NCBI GenBank assembly: GCA_963739455.1
Contig: CAVUAK010000001.1
Location: forward strand, 1,344,001-1,408,000
Direction of reading: 5' to 3'
DNA: 64,000 bases
DNA from: an uncultured Gemmatimonadales bacterium
Lineage (GTDB): Bacteria > Gemmatimonadota > Gemmatimonadetes > Gemmatimonadales > GWC2-71-9
Within the stretch, counting starts at the first letter, position 1, and every line of letters starts with the position of its first letter. Under the pieces are notes generated by a model. It had not been told where the DNA came from. It saw only the letters and a program-made list of their open reading frames with translations, and did no database searches. The position numbers and the translations under genes are program-made. Positions 38,457 through 52,905 of the stretch are shown piece by piece.

Positions 38457-38964
38457 ACCGCGCCATCGCTACGTCCTGCTCCATGGTGTTGCCGAAGAGG
38501 TAAGGCGCGGTTCCCACCTGCACGAAGCCACACTTTCGATAGAAGGCGTGCGCCCGGAAGTTCTTGAACCACGCCAGCAGCCAGATGGTCTCCCGTCCAC
38601 GCCGGCGTGCCTCGACATCGACAGCGGCCATGAGCTGCCGCGCGACGCCCTTTCCCTTCCACACCTGGTCGACGTAGAAGCGCCGGATCTGCAGTGGCGC
38701 CGGGCCGGTGACGCATTCCGGTACCGGGTCCACACCGAGCAGGGTGTAGCCAATGGCGTTGCCGCTGTCGTCCTCGAGGATCAGTGTCGTCGTGTCGGGG
38801 TCGGCGAGCTCGGCGGCCTGCTGGGCAAGGCCAAAGTGCCGGTCCATGTGAACCTGGAGATCAGCGCTCGAGTCGTCGCCACTGTAGGCGTCGTGGAAGG
38901 TGCGACGCGCCACGGCGGCGAGCAGCGCCGCGTCAGCGGGAGTGGCGTGACGGACAGATGGCAC
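38443..38964 (-). CDS. GNAT N-acetyltransferase (PaiA-like)
   Basis: RFYV...KGKGVA, N.RA.AFYRK.GF. Confidence 0.85.
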   Translation of the reverse strand: MPSVRHATPADAALLAAVARRTFHDAYSGDDSSADLQVHMDRHFGLAQQAAELADPDTTTLILEDDSGNAIGYTLLGVDPVPECVTGPAPLQIRRFYVDQVWKGKGVARQLMAAVDVEARRRGRETIWLLAWFKNFRAHAFYRKCGFVQVGTAPYLFGNTMEQDVAMARSTAP

Positions 38965-38970
38965 GGTCGG

Positions 38971-39666
38971 TCAGGTGAAGCGCGCCGCAAACGCCGCGGC
39001 GAGCTCGGGGCCGGCGGTGTCATTGTCGTGCTTGAAGTAGATCCACGCCTCTTCCCAGGGCTGGGCCTTGATCGTGGCCGCCCAGGTATCGAGCTCGGCG
39101 GGCTCATAGGCCGGCTTGTGGAGGCGGAGGTAGCCGTAGGGAGCGGTGACGGAGGTAACGGCCTCCGTGTCCTCGCTCTCGGCGGTGACAAGCGCTACCT
39201 CGTGCTGGCGCAGCAGGGTGTACACGTCGTCGGTGAACCAGGTGGCGTGGCGGAATTCGATCGCGGCCTTCCAGCGCTTCGGAATGAGTGGCAGGAAGGC
39301 CGCAAGGCGTGGCAGGTCGAGCTTCATGTTGGGCGGCAACTGGAACAGCGTTGGCCCGCGCTTGTCACCGAGCGCAGTGCAGACGCGGAGGAGGTAGGTC
39401 ATCAGCTCCTCGGTGTCCTTGAGGCGCGCGTGGTGCGTGATGCGCTGTGAGGCCTTGATGCTGAAGGTGAAGGTGTCGGGCACGGCGGCGGCCCAGTCCA
39501 TCACCACGGATTCCTTGGGAAGGCGATAGAAGGTGTTGTTGATCTCGACGGTCGGGAAGCGGGCCGCGTAGAAGGGAAGCATCTCGGCGGCGGGCAGGGA
39601 CTTGGGGTAGAAGGAGCCCTTCCATTCGGGAAAGGAATAGCCGCTGGTGCCGACGTGGATGCGCAT
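38971..39666 (-). CDS. DUF72 family protein
   Basis: VGTSGYSF.EWKG.FYP, VEINNTFYR, FQLPP, EFRH, YLRL, YFKH. Confidence 0.88.
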   Translation of the reverse strand: MRIHVGTSGYSFPEWKGSFYPKSLPAAEMLPFYAARFPTVEINNTFYRLPKESVVMDWAAAVPDTFTFSIKASQRITHHARLKDTEELMTYLLRVCTALGDKRGPTLFQLPPNMKLDLPRLAAFLPLIPKRWKAAIEFRHATWFTDDVYTLLRQHEVALVTAESEDTEAVTSVTAPYGYLRLHKPAYEPAELDTWAATIKAQPWEEAWIYFKHDNDTAGPELAAAFAARFT

Positions 39667-39742
39667 GGGGGAAATGTAAAGGCGGGGAGGGCGGGGAGGG
39701 CGGGGAGGTTCGACCCTCCTGGCCTCCTGCTAGCTTTCCCCC

Positions 39743-40453
39743 ATGGCCAGCGCGCGCGAGCTCACGATTCCGGTGGATGGCGGCTCCGTATCCGGCATCC
39801 TCGTGGTTCCCGATGTAGCAGGGGCGTGCTACGTGATGGCGCACGGCGCCGGGGCGGGGATGCGGCACGCATTCCTCGAGGCGACGGCAGCGGCGCTGGC
39901 CGCGCGCCAGATCGCGACGCTGCGGTACCAGTTCCCCTACATGGAGCAGCGGCGCGGGCGACCGGACACGCCCACCGTGGCGATGGGGACGGTGCGGGCG
40001 GCGATCGGCGCTGCAGCAACAGAGTTGCCGGGCATGCCGCTTTTTGCCGGTGGAAAGTCCTTCGGTGGGCGCATGACATCGGAGCTCGCGAGCAGGGAGG
40101 AGTTGCCAGGGGTGCTGGGGCTCGCGTTCCTGGGCTTTCCACTGCATGCGCCGAACAAGCCGGACGTGAAGCGCTCGACGCACCTGTACCAGGTGACGCT
40201 GCCGATGCTGTTCCTGCAGGGGACGCGGGACGACCTGGCGGAAATGGGCAGGATGCGGAGTGTGTGCGCCGACCTCAACAACAGCGGGAACAGGGAAGAG
40301 GGAAGAGGGGCGACGCTTCATGAGGTGGAGGGAGCGGACCACTCTTTCCACGTGCTCAAGCGCTCGGGGCGGACCGATGCGCAGGTCCTGGATGAGCTGT
40401 GCGATACAATGCGCCAATGGATGTCGCAGGTGGGCGCTAACTTTCCCGTGTGA
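39743..40453 (+). CDS. Alpha/beta hydrolase (KANL3/Tex30-like)
   Basis: AHGAGAG, GGKSFGGR, QGTRD, GADH. Confidence 0.85.
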   Translation: MASARELTIPVDGGSVSGILVVPDVAGACYVMAHGAGAGMRHAFLEATAAALAARQIATLRYQFPYMEQRRGRPDTPTVAMGTVRAAIGAAATELPGMPLFAGGKSFGGRMTSELASREELPGVLGLAFLGFPLHAPNKPDVKRSTHLYQVTLPMLFLQGTRDDLAEMGRMRSVCADLNNSGNREEGRGATLHEVEGADHSFHVLKRSGRTDAQVLDELCDTMRQWMSQVGANFPV

Positions 40454-43352
40454 CCTTCTCCCCTAGTCCAAGCCAGCGCGCCGCCATTGAATCACCCGCA
40501 GGGCCAGTCCTTGTGCTGGCGGGCCCAGGCGCGGGCAAGACCTTCTGCCTCATCGAGCGGATCCGGCATTTCGTCGACGTGCAGGGCATCCCTGCCGCGA
40601 GGATCTGTGCGGTGACGTTCACCAACCGCGCTGCGGGAGAGATTGCGGGCCGCCTGCGCGAGGCGGTGGGCGATCGCGCCGGTGACATGTTCGGCGGGAC
40701 GATCCATTCCTACTGCGTCTCCCTGCTGCGCGAGTTCGGCGAGCGGATCGGCGTGCCCCGCGGGTTCGGCATTGCCGACGAGAGCTACCAGGTGCAGGTG
40801 CTCAGGCGCCTGGGTGTTCCCAAGGAGGCGTGGGCCAAGTCGCGACTGGGTGACTTCACGCGGCATCGGCTGGCGGGTGCGGAGCTGCATCCCAACAGCG
40901 TGCCGCTGCTGGCCGACTACAAGGCGTGGCTCGAGCGGCGCAAGCTGCTCGACTACGACGACCTCGTCATTCGCGCGGCGCAGTTGCTGGAACTACCCGA
41001 CGTGCGCCGGGAAGTCGCGGGACGGTGGGACGCCGTGCTGGTGGATGAGTGCCAGGACCTGAACCCGGTGCAGTACGCCGTCATCAGCGCGCTGGCGAGC
41101 CAACACCGCAACCTCTTCGCGGTGGGCGACGACGAGCAGTCGATCTTCTCCTGGGCGGGCGCCGTCCCGGAAGTGCTGCAGCGACTCATGAACGACTTCA
41201 AGATCACCTCGGCCATCGTGCTGGAGGAGAACCGGCGGTCGGCGCGGAGCATCTTCGAGACGGCGCGCCGCCTGCTCACGCCTCAACCCGACGCTGTTCA
41301 AGAAGGCGCTGCGTGCCACACGGGAATCGGCGTGGGGCGTGGAGGTGAAGGTGTTCGACGACGACGACGCGGAGTCGGCGTGGTTGCTCAACGACATCGT
41401 CAGGGACCGGGGTGAGACCGGGCTCCCGTGGGGCGAGTACGGCGTGCTGTACCGCACGCACGAGGCAGGATCGCGCATCGAGGGGATGCTGCTGCAGGCG
41501 GGGGTGCCCTGCCGCCTCGCTGCCGGTCGCGCACTGCAGGACGACCCCGTGGTGCAGTACCTGGTGGCCGCACTCAGGGTCATCGCGGCGCCGGGCGATC
41601 CAGTGACCGAGGAAGCGTTCGCGAAGGTGGTGCTGCCCGAGACGCTCTACCAGCGCATCCGCACCGAGGCCGAAACGGCCCACACCGAGTTCCTCGAATG
41701 GCTTCGGCTCACGGCACGGCGGGGCCAGAGGGAAGATCCCGAGATCAAGAAGCTCCGGCGCTTCCAGGTTGCCCTCGACAACCTGCACGCGCTGGGCCGG
41801 AAGCACACCACCATCAACGGGCTGGTGGACGAGCTGCTGGCGCAGCGGGTGGGCGAGTATCGCACGCTGCTGGAGGAGCGACACGAGGAGCTGAGCGACC
41901 CGGCGGGCGACGCCGGATGTGCGCGCCCTGGCGAGCGAGCTCGGCCACCGCGATGCACGGCCGCCGGCGCGTGTGGGTCAAGCGACTTGGCGGGGTGGAG
42001 ATCGCCCTGGCGGGGATGCTGCGCGGCGGCGGCGTCACCAGCGTGGGCCTGCTCGATGCTGGTGTCGACGTGGCTGCCGGCGACCTGGTGCTCGATCCGG
42101 GTCAATGGGCCGACTCGGGTCCGGGGCTCACCACGTTCAAGGCACTGCAGCTGGCGCACAGCCGGGCGATGCCCGACGCCTTCCGCGATTTCGTGGCCTT
42201 CGACCTCGAGACCACCGACAAGGACATCGAGGGACTGCGAGATCGTCGAGATCGCCGGGGTGCGGGTGCGAAACGGTGTCATTGTCGACGAGTTCCAGTC
42301 ACTCGTCAAGCCGCGCGTGCCCATCGCGCCCAAGGCATCGGAGGTGCACGGGTACACGGCGGAGACACTGCGCGATGCGCCGTACTTCGAGGCGGTGTGG
42401 CCGGCGTTCCGCGCCTTCGTGGGCGATGACGTGCTGGTGGCGCACAACGGTCACTGGTTCGACTTCCCCATCCTGCGGCGGATGGCGGAGCCGATCGGCG
42501 GCGCGGTGGACATCCCGGTATACGACACGCTGCCGCTGGCGCGCGATCTCCATCCGGGCAGCCGGCGCCTCTCCGACCTCGCAGAAGCGTTTGGCGTTCC
42601 GCTGCTCGAGGCGCATCACGCGCTCGACGATGCCCGGGCGCTGGCGCTGGTGTTCCTGCGGCTGGAACAGGACAAGCTGGCGCGCGGGCCGGAAGACGGC
42701 CCTGGTCAACCTGCTCGACTGGCTCGGCCTGGCGCTGGTGCTGGGCGACTGGGCGACACTTTCCGACGAGGCGGGACTGCTGCTCAAGCTCACCCGTGCC
42801 TGGGCACTGGGGCGCTACAGCAACTGCCTCGATGAGTACGCGGTGGAACGGGAGCGACCCGGTGCCGCTGGGGCGCCCACACACGACGAGGTGATCGAGC
42901 GGCTGGGTGGCCGGGAGAAAATGCTGCAGATCCGCGCGGAGAAGACTGCCCACGACCGCTATCCGGCGGCGATGGAGCGACTGGGGCGGATCCTCGACGC
43001 GCTCACCGGCACCACGCTGGAGACACAGCTATCCGAGCTGCTCGAGCGGGTGGCGCTCTCGAAGTCAGACGCCGCCGAAGTGGAGACGGATCATGACCGG
43101 GTCAACCTGCTGACGCTGCACGCGACCAAGGGGCTCGAGTTCAAGAGGGTCTACATCGTGGGTGTGGAGGATGCAGAAATGCCGGGCATCAGGCAGGGCA
43201 AGCAGATGGCGAAGAGTGACATGGAAGAGGCGCGCCGGCTGCTCTACGTGGGGATGACGCGCGCCGAGGACCGGCTGGTGCTGACGCGCGTCCATGAACG
43301 GCATGGTGTGCCCACCGGCGGGGCACAGTTCCTCGACGAACTGGGGCTGTAG
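40450..43352 (+). CDS. UvrD/PcrA-family helicase with internal DEDDh 3'-5' exonuclease domain (several apparent frameshifts)
   Basis: AGPGAGKT, TFTNRAA, VDECQD, VGDDEQSI, LTLHATKGLEF, EEARRLLYVGMTRA. Exonuclease motifs FDLETT, VAHNG.FD, HHALDD at ~42190-42640. Confidence 0.85.
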
Positions 43353-43354
43353 GG

Positions 43355-44204
43355 CTAAGCCGACTTCCGCGCCTTCTTCTTTGCCGGCTTGGCGGTCTCG
43401 GCCTCGTCGTCCTTGTCCTTGGCACCGCCCTTCGACAGGCTCGCCTTCAGCGCCTCCATGAGGTCGATGATCTTGGTCGGCGCCTGTTCGGCGGGCTCCG
43501 AGGTGATTTCCTGCCCATCCACCTTGGCCTGGATGGCCTGCATGCACGCGATCGCGCACCTGGTCGTGATACTTCTCCGGGTGGAACTCGTCGGTGGCGG
43601 TCTGCTCGATGAGCTGCTTGGCCAGCTTGAGCTCGGTGTCCTTCACCGTGGCCTCGGGGATCGGCACTTCTGACGCCTTCTTGAGCTCGTCGGCGTAGTG
43701 CAGCTGCTCCATGACCAGCACACCGTCGGCGGTGGGGCGCACGAGCACCAGGTTCTGCTTGCCGCGGGCGGCGTACTGTCCCAGCGCCGCGCGACCGGTT
43801 TCCTCGAGCGCCTTGGCCAGCAGGTGATAGGCGCGCTCGCCGCCCTTGTCGGGACCGAGGAAGTAGGCCTTCTCGAGGTAGACGCGGTCGATCTTGTCGA
43901 GCGGCACGAACTCGGCGATATCAATGGAGTTGGTGGCCTTCTCGTCGAGCGCCTTGAGCTCCTCGGGAGAGAACACGACGTACTGGCCCTTGGAGAACTC
44001 GTAGCCCTTGGCGATCTCGTCCTTCTCCACGACGCGGTTCTTGTCGGTCGGGACGACGTACTGCTGCTTGAGCCGGGTGCCGGTCTTCTTGTCCAGCATG
44101 TTGAACGACACGCTGACCGACGACTCGGAGGTGGAGAAGAGGCTGACCGGAACCGAGACCAGTCCGAAGGAAATCGTGGCGGAGCCAATGGATCGTGCAG
44201 GCAT
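43355..44204 (-). CDS. ku: NHEJ Ku protein (frameshift near 43545)
   Basis: ISFGLVSVPV.L, KGYE, IDIAEFV, EKAYFLGP, IIDLMEALKASL, Lys-rich tail. Confidence 0.92.
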
Positions 44205-44285
44205 AAACGGAAGTAGTCTCCAAAAGCGTTGCGCGTCAACCCGGGCGCGTCACGTCCTCACGTCTTCACGTCTTCACGTCCAATA

Positions 44286-46926
<2,641 letters not shown>

Positions 46927-46963
46927 TGCAGACTCCCAACCCATAGCGCTCAACTCTGAACTC

Positions 46964-49308
46964 TTAACTCTCGTCTTCCTGCCTGAGCGCCACCACCGCA
47001 GCCCTGACGCGATCGGCCAGCGTCCGCTCTTCCCGCAGCTGCTCGATGACCGATTCCGCCTGCTTCATGTGCAGCGACAGGCTGCCGGCCTTCTCGAGCG
47101 CCTGATCGAGCACGGCGCGCTGACCGTGCAGCGACTCGAGGCTGGCCCGCAGGTCGAGCGTCATCGCCTCCGCGCGTGACAGGCGCTGCTCGGCGCGCTC
47201 CACCTGCTGGCGGCGCAGCTCGAGCGCTTCGACGGCGCCACTGGCCTGGCGCAACTGGGCCTGGGTGTCGAGGACGATGCGCGCCGTCTCCTCCACCTCG
47301 CGGCGGGCATCGGAAATCGAGCGTGCCGCCGCCAGGGTCTGCGCCGCCTCGGCGTGCACCTGGCGCACTTCCTTCTGCAGCGTATCCACCGCTTCCTGCC
47401 GGCTGAGCACCGACTCGGTGGCGCGGGTCATCTCCCGCTCCGCCACCTGCCAGCGCGAGAGATGCTCCTCGAACTGCCGCAGCTGGTCCTGCACCAGGCT
47501 GAGCGCGATGCTGCGCTCGCCCAGGTCGGCGCTGGAGCGCTCCAGTTCGCGCGACCGCTCCTCTGCGGTGGCGAGTGACGCCGTAAGGACGCGCACCACT
47601 TCCTCGAGCCGTTCGGCGCTGTCGGCGCCGTCGCGACGCAGTTCCTGCGCGCGGGCCAGCTGTTCCATGGCGCGCTCGAGCCCGCCCTCGCGGCGTGACA
47701 GCTCGTCCTCCAGCTGGCGCAGGCGCTCCTTCAGTTCGTCGGCCATGCGGGCCTTGCTGCCGAGTCCATCAAACGCCTCGGCGAGCGACGACATGCGCCG
47801 GTCGGCGTCACCGATCCAGTTGGCCACCTCGGCGATGCGGTCGGCGACGGTATCGGCTTCGTCGGCGCGGCCGGCGATGTGGCCGAACCGCTGCTCGGCG
47901 CCGTCCATGCGCGCGGTGAGCGCGGACGTGCGCTCGTTCAGCTCGATAGCCGAGTGCATGCATGTTGGCCACGCGCTGGCTCAGGTCGTCCAGCTGGGCG
48001 ACGCGGGTGTCGGCGAGGTCGAGCGAGGTGGTGACCCGATCGACGTCCTTCCGCACGCGCTCGACCAGCGGCTCCAGCGCCAGGAGCTCGTTCACCTGGA
48101 CCTTGAGCGTCCGGGTGGACTCGTCGCTCCGCGACAGCCACTTCTCGGTGTCGCCCTGCGACTCGCGCAGGCGCGCCAGCTCCTGCTGTGCGCGACCCAC
48201 TTCCTCGAGCGCGTCACGCACGGCATCCTCGGAGCCGCGCAGCACGCCCAGGTCGCGCATGGCGATCTCGACGGCGGGGCGGGCATCCTCGATCTTCTGC
48301 ACCCGGAGCCCGAGGCCGGCCAGCAACTGCTCGAGGCGCGCCGCCTCGGCCTGAAGGATCCGCGCGCGCTCCGCCTTCTCGCCCAGTGCCTTGAACTCGG
48401 TGGTGAGCCCGGACACCTGCTGGTACAGGTGCTGGGTCTGCCCGTGCAGTCCCACGATGTGGCGGCTCGACTCGCTCAGGACCTGGAGCTTCGTCTCGTA
48501 CTCGCGGATCTCGGCGCGGATCTCGGCGATCCGCTCGGCGAGCGAGTCCATGCCGCGTCGCTCCTGCTCCACCAGTGACACACTCCGCTCCATGTCGGCG
48601 CGCAGCCCGGTGAGGGCCTCACGCAGGGTGGCCTCTTCCGCGCCCAGCCCAGCCTGGCGCGCGCTGAGCGACTCGGTTTCGTGGGACACGCGGCGCTGGG
48701 TCTCGTCGGCGGTGGTGACGCGCACCTCGAGTTCACGGAGCAGGCGGAGCAGTTCGTCCTGGCGGCGGAACCCGCCCTCGAGCTGGGGCAGCATGCCGAA
48801 GAGGTGGGTGACCTGGCCGCTGGTGCGGTCGATCAGGTCACGCTGCTGCTCCAGGGCCGCGAGCTTCTGCGTGGTCTGCTCGGCGAGTGCCCGGAGGACA
48901 CCGATCTGGTGCTGTACCTCGGGAACCCGCTCGCTCTGCTCGCGCAGGGCGCTGACGATCCCGGTGGCCTGCCCGGTGCGCTCCTCGACCGACGGCGAGC
49001 CTCGCTTCCGCGCTGCTCCAGGCCTCGTCGAAGCTGTTGAGGCGCTGCATGGCGCGCTCGAGGGTGGGTGACAGGGCGTCGATGGCCCGCAGCTGCTGCT
49101 CCAGGGTGGCCACCCGCTCGCCGAGGACGGCGGCCATGGCGGCGCTGTCGCCGGACTGGGCGGCCTGCAGCTCGCCCGCTGCCGCCTCGGCTCGCGCGAC
49201 GAGGGCCTCGAGGCCGCTGCGTTCACGCTGGATGGCGCACAGGACCGTGCGGATCTCACCGGCAGTGGGGCCGGTCTCCTGGCGATTGAGGCCCTTGAGG
49301 AAAGACAT
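46964..49308 (-). CDS. Long coiled-coil protein (~780 aa, split by frameshifts ~48990 and ~47955)
   Basis: Heptad-rich E/R/L/A sequence across three ORFs. Start MSFLKGLNR with GAAGGAG SD. No ATPase motif seen. Confidence 0.65.
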
Positions 49309-49569
49309 GGAAAGGCTCCTTCGGCGTGACGCCAGCTGCAACGGCGGAATGAACGGCGGATATCTATTTGCGCGCAATGCACGTGCCTCTTGCAGTGCAT
49401 CGATGACGACAGCGGCGACGTTTTTTACACCGGACGGTGAGAGGGCGAGGAAGGCACTTTCCGCCTCGGCCGAGTGCCGAATACTGCACGAAGGACGGCA
49501 TGAATTGGGCGTGATGGCGTGAGGACTTGAGGGCTTGAAGAAGGGTTCCCGCCAGGCCGGAGCTGTGCG

Positions 49570-50592
49570 ATGCGCCGAGTTCTGCAGAGTGCGACGATAG
49601 CGAGCTGCCTGATCCTGCTCGCCGGGTGCGGTGGATCAGAGGCGGCGGGGAATGAACCGCCTCCGGGGGGCAATCCGCCCGCCAATCCACCGGTGCTGCC
49701 GCCGGCCAGCCCTGCCGGCACCCCGGACCTGGGAACCAATGCCAGCCTCAACGGGAAGATTCCATTCCCGGTGGACAATGCCTGGAATGTCCGGATCGAC
49801 ACGGCACAGGTGGATCCCAACTCGAATGCGCTCATTGCCAGTATCGGGCTGACCACGAGCCTGCATCCGGACTGGGGCACGACGGAAACGGAGTACGGCA
49901 TTCCGTATGTGGTGGTGGCCGGCAGCGCGCCAAAGGTGAACGTCACCTTCGACTATGCCGATGAGAGCGACGCGGGCCCTTACCCGATTCCACCCAGCCC
50001 ACCGATCGAGGGCGGCAGCGGGAGCAGCGGTGACCGGCACATCCTCATGCTCGACCGGGACAACTGGATCCTGTACGAGCTGTACTCGGCGTATCCGCCG
50101 GCGTCGCCGGGCCAGCCGTGGACGGCGGGTTCGGGCGCGATCTACGACCTCAACTCGAATGCACTCAGGCCGGAGGGATGGACGTCGGCGGACGCCGCGG
50201 GGCTGCCGATCTTTCCGGGGCTTGCACGCTACGACGAGGCGGCGGCGGGGCAGATCCGCCACGCGCTCAGGTTCACGGTGCGGAACAGCCGGCGCGCGTA
50301 CGTGGCACCGGCCCGGCACTGGGCGAGCAGCAACAGCAGCACCAACTTGCCGCCGATGGGCATGCGGGTCCGGCTCAAGCAGGACTTCGACATCAGCGGA
50401 TTCCCGGCGCACGCCCAGGTCGTGCTGCAGGCGATGAAGACGTACGGGATGATCATGGCCGACAACGGCTCGAACTGGTACGTGAGCGGCGTGTCGGATA
50501 CACGCTGGGACCCGGCCATCTTCGACGCCTTCCGCCAGGTGCACGGCAGCGACTTCGAGGTGGTGAAGATGGGGACGGTGGTGACGCCGTAG
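49570..50592 (+). CDS. Conserved hypothetical lipoprotein
   Basis: LAGC lipobox, YGIPY, ESDAGPYPIP, GDRH, TSADAAGLPI, HALRFT. Confidence 0.75.
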   Translation: MRRVLQSATIASCLILLAGCGGSEAAGNEPPPGGNPPANPPVLPPASPAGTPDLGTNASLNGKIPFPVDNAWNVRIDTAQVDPNSNALIASIGLTTSLHPDWGTTETEYGIPYVVVAGSAPKVNVTFDYADESDAGPYPIPPSPPIEGGSGSSGDRHILMLDRDNWILYELYSAYPPASPGQPWTAGSGAIYDLNSNALRPEGWTSADAAGLPIFPGLARYDEAAAGQIRHALRFTVRNSRRAYVAPARHWASSNSSTNLPPMGMRVRLKQDFDISGFPAHAQVVLQAMKTYGMIMADNGSNWYVSGVSDTRWDPAIFDAFRQVHGSDFEVVKMGTVVTP

Positions 50593-50601
50593 CGCCGCGG
50601 T

Positions 50602-51090
50602 TCAGCACCCGAAGTCGCACATGCCTGCCGCGGTGGCCGCCACGAGCACACCGAAGGTCAGCGCGGCCACCCCGACCACCAGGACAACCGTCCCGCCCGC
50701 GTTGCTGCCCCTCGTCTGCACTGAAGTGACTTCGGCAACCGGGAATCCCACCTCAGGGCCGTTCTTCTTCACCAGTCCATAGAGCGAATCATTGGCGACG
50801 CGCGGGTCGTGAAGCTCGATCGTCCCGTGTGTTGCGGTCGTCACCCTGAGCTCGCGCACGCCTTGTGACCCTTGTGTGGACACTGGCTGCTGAGCAAGTC
50901 CCGGTACACCCGCTGGAGGTGCCGGAGCGTCGGGTGACGCCTTGGGGGGCGGAGCCACAATGGTCGCGACGTCGCCCTGCTGGTTATGCCAACCGGTGCA
51001 GCCGGTGGCCGAGACGACGTACGCGCCGAGCAAGAGTGCGGCTGTGGCGCGGCGCAGAAGGGCGCCACGGGTGACGGTAATGGTTGGCAT
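50602..51090 (-). CDS. Hypothetical membrane/lipoprotein, paralog of 51090-51572
   Basis: ATGCTGW...RV.NDSLYG...EVTSVQ.RG plus C-terminal TM. Confidence 0.6.
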   Translation of the reverse strand: MPTITVTRGALLRRATAALLLGAYVVSATGCTGWHNQQGDVATIVAPPPKASPDAPAPPAGVPGLAQQPVSTQGSQGVRELRVTTATHGTIELHDPRVANDSLYGLVKKNGPEVGFPVAEVTSVQTRGSNAGGTVVLVVGVAALTFGVLVAATAAGMCDFGC

Positions 51091-51572
51091 CAGTAGCTGC
51101 CCCCAAAGTCCAACCCGATGGTGTCGAACTCGTTCAGCATCACAACGGTCCCGATGACGAGCGTCGCTCCAAGCGCGAGGCCCACGCCCAGACCGACGGT
51201 CTTTCAAACACTTGTCCCCCGGACCTGGACCGAGGTCACCTCACTCAGCGGCAGCCCGATCTCTGGCTGTCCGCGGCCGGGCGAGCCGTAGAGCGAGTCG
51301 CCACTGATTCGCGGGGCGTCCAGCTTGATCCGGGTCGTGGCGGTGGTGATCCGGATCGACTGCACTTGATTCGGTTGCTCCTGAATCGCCTCATTGCCGG
51401 GCATGCCCAGGGCCGGACCGGCGGGAGCTGGCGCGGCGACCGGATGTGCCGCGAGCACCGCGGCGGCGTCCCCGGACTGGGTTTGCCAGCTGGTGCACCC
51501 GGTGGCTCCCAGGACCTGGGTGACGAGCAGCAGCGAGGCGGTGGCGTGGCGGCTGAAGTCGAGGTGGCGCAT
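51090..51572 (-). CDS. Hypothetical membrane/lipoprotein, tandem paralog (frameshift near 51205)
   Basis: ATGCTSW...RI.GDSLYG...EVTSVQ.RG. The TM tail continues in another frame. Confidence 0.55.
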
Positions 51573-51700
51573 GGCACAGCTCCGTTGGAGGACGGGGGGA
51601 AGCTGGGACCGGCCCGTCAAGCAACGATCAAGGGGCGCGGAACCTTCCCTGACCCCCTCGCGTAGGGCTGACATCCCCATCAGTCCAACCCGGAGGCCCG

Positions 51701-52765
51701 ATGCGCAGCGCCCGCACCGCCGTCATGTGTCCGACTCTTTCCCTCCTGCTCTCGCTCATCGTCCAGTCCACACCGCTCGCGGCCCAGGCGTTCACCCTGA
51801 CCGTCCCATTCGGCAGCCAGCGAGCAACCGTGACCCAGACGATCGGCCTGACCGACATCTCGATGTCATACGACCGGCCGGGAGTGGACGGGAGGAAGAT
51901 CTGGGATGGGCTGGTGCCGTACGATTCGGTGTGGCGGGCGGGGGCCAACGTGAACACGGTGATCGCATTCACGTCACCAGTCACCATCGGTGGGAAGCAG
52001 TTGGCCGCGGGACGATACGGGCTGTTCATGATCCCGACCGCCCAGCAGTGGACGGTGATCCTGAGCCGGGAGGCGAATGCCTGGGGACATTTCAGCTACA
52101 ACGAGGCGGAAGACGCGTTACGACTCACCGCGACGCCGGTGGCGGGCGAGATGACGGAGCGGCTGGAATACACCTTCGACAACCCGAAAGCCGATGCGGT
52201 GACGGTGACGCTGCGCTGGGAAAAACTGGCGCTGCCGTTTGTCATATCAGTGAACAGCACGCAGGTAGTGATGGACAGCCTGCAGCAACAACTGCGAGGA
52301 GTGCCGAAGTTCTTCCCCGATGCCTGGCGTCAGGCCGCGGCCTGGGCGTTCCAGCACGACCAGCTGGCGACGGCGAGTTCGTGGGCCGACACGGCCATCG
52401 GACTTGGCCCTACCTACCAGAACCTCATGCTCAAGTCGCGGATCCTGGCGAAGCAGGGCAACCAGGCCGGGGCGGACTCACTGAAGGCCCGCGCGCTCGC
52501 CGTTGCCACTGAGGCGGACATGAACCTCTATGGATACGCGCTGATGCAGCAGGGCAAGAAGGACGAGGCGCTGGCAGTGTTCATCAAGAACACCAAGACC
52601 TATCCGCAGTCATGGAACACGTGGGACAGCCTGGCGGAGTGCTACGGCAACATGGGGAACAAGAAGCTCGCGATCGCGAACTACCAGAAGGCGCTCGGCA
52701 TGGTGGGGGACCCGGCGCAGAAGCGGCGGATCGAGGGGGCGATAGCGGTGTTGCAGAAGACTTGA
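51701..52765 (+). CDS. DUF2911-domain protein with C-terminal TPR
   Basis: SQ.A.V.QTIG.T.I...Y.RP, LVPY..VWRAGAN, N.WDSLAE.Y. Confidence 0.82.
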   Translation: MRSARTAVMCPTLSLLLSLIVQSTPLAAQAFTLTVPFGSQRATVTQTIGLTDISMSYDRPGVDGRKIWDGLVPYDSVWRAGANVNTVIAFTSPVTIGGKQLAAGRYGLFMIPTAQQWTVILSREANAWGHFSYNEAEDALRLTATPVAGEMTERLEYTFDNPKADAVTVTLRWEKLALPFVISVNSTQVVMDSLQQQLRGVPKFFPDAWRQAAAWAFQHDQLATASSWADTAIGLGPTYQNLMLKSRILAKQGNQAGADSLKARALAVATEADMNLYGYALMQQGKKDEALAVFIKNTKTYPQSWNTWDSLAECYGNMGNKKLAIANYQKALGMVGDPAQKRRIEGAIAVLQKT

Positions 52766-52905
52766 AGACTTGAAGACTTGAAGACTTGAAGGCTTGAAGA
52801 CTTGAAGGAGTGGGAAAGACAGGAGGACGGAATCATGGGATTCCGTCCTCCTGTCACTTCAAGTCCTCAAGTCTTCAAGTCCTCACGCCCTCACGCCCTC
52901 ACGCC
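52757..52905. repeat. Octamer (GAAGACTT)n, a central hairpin and complementary octamers between convergent genes
   Basis: GACAGGAGGACGGAATC-ATGG-GATTCCGTCCTCCTGTC flanked by GACTTGAA and TTCAAGTC units. Confidence 0.85.
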
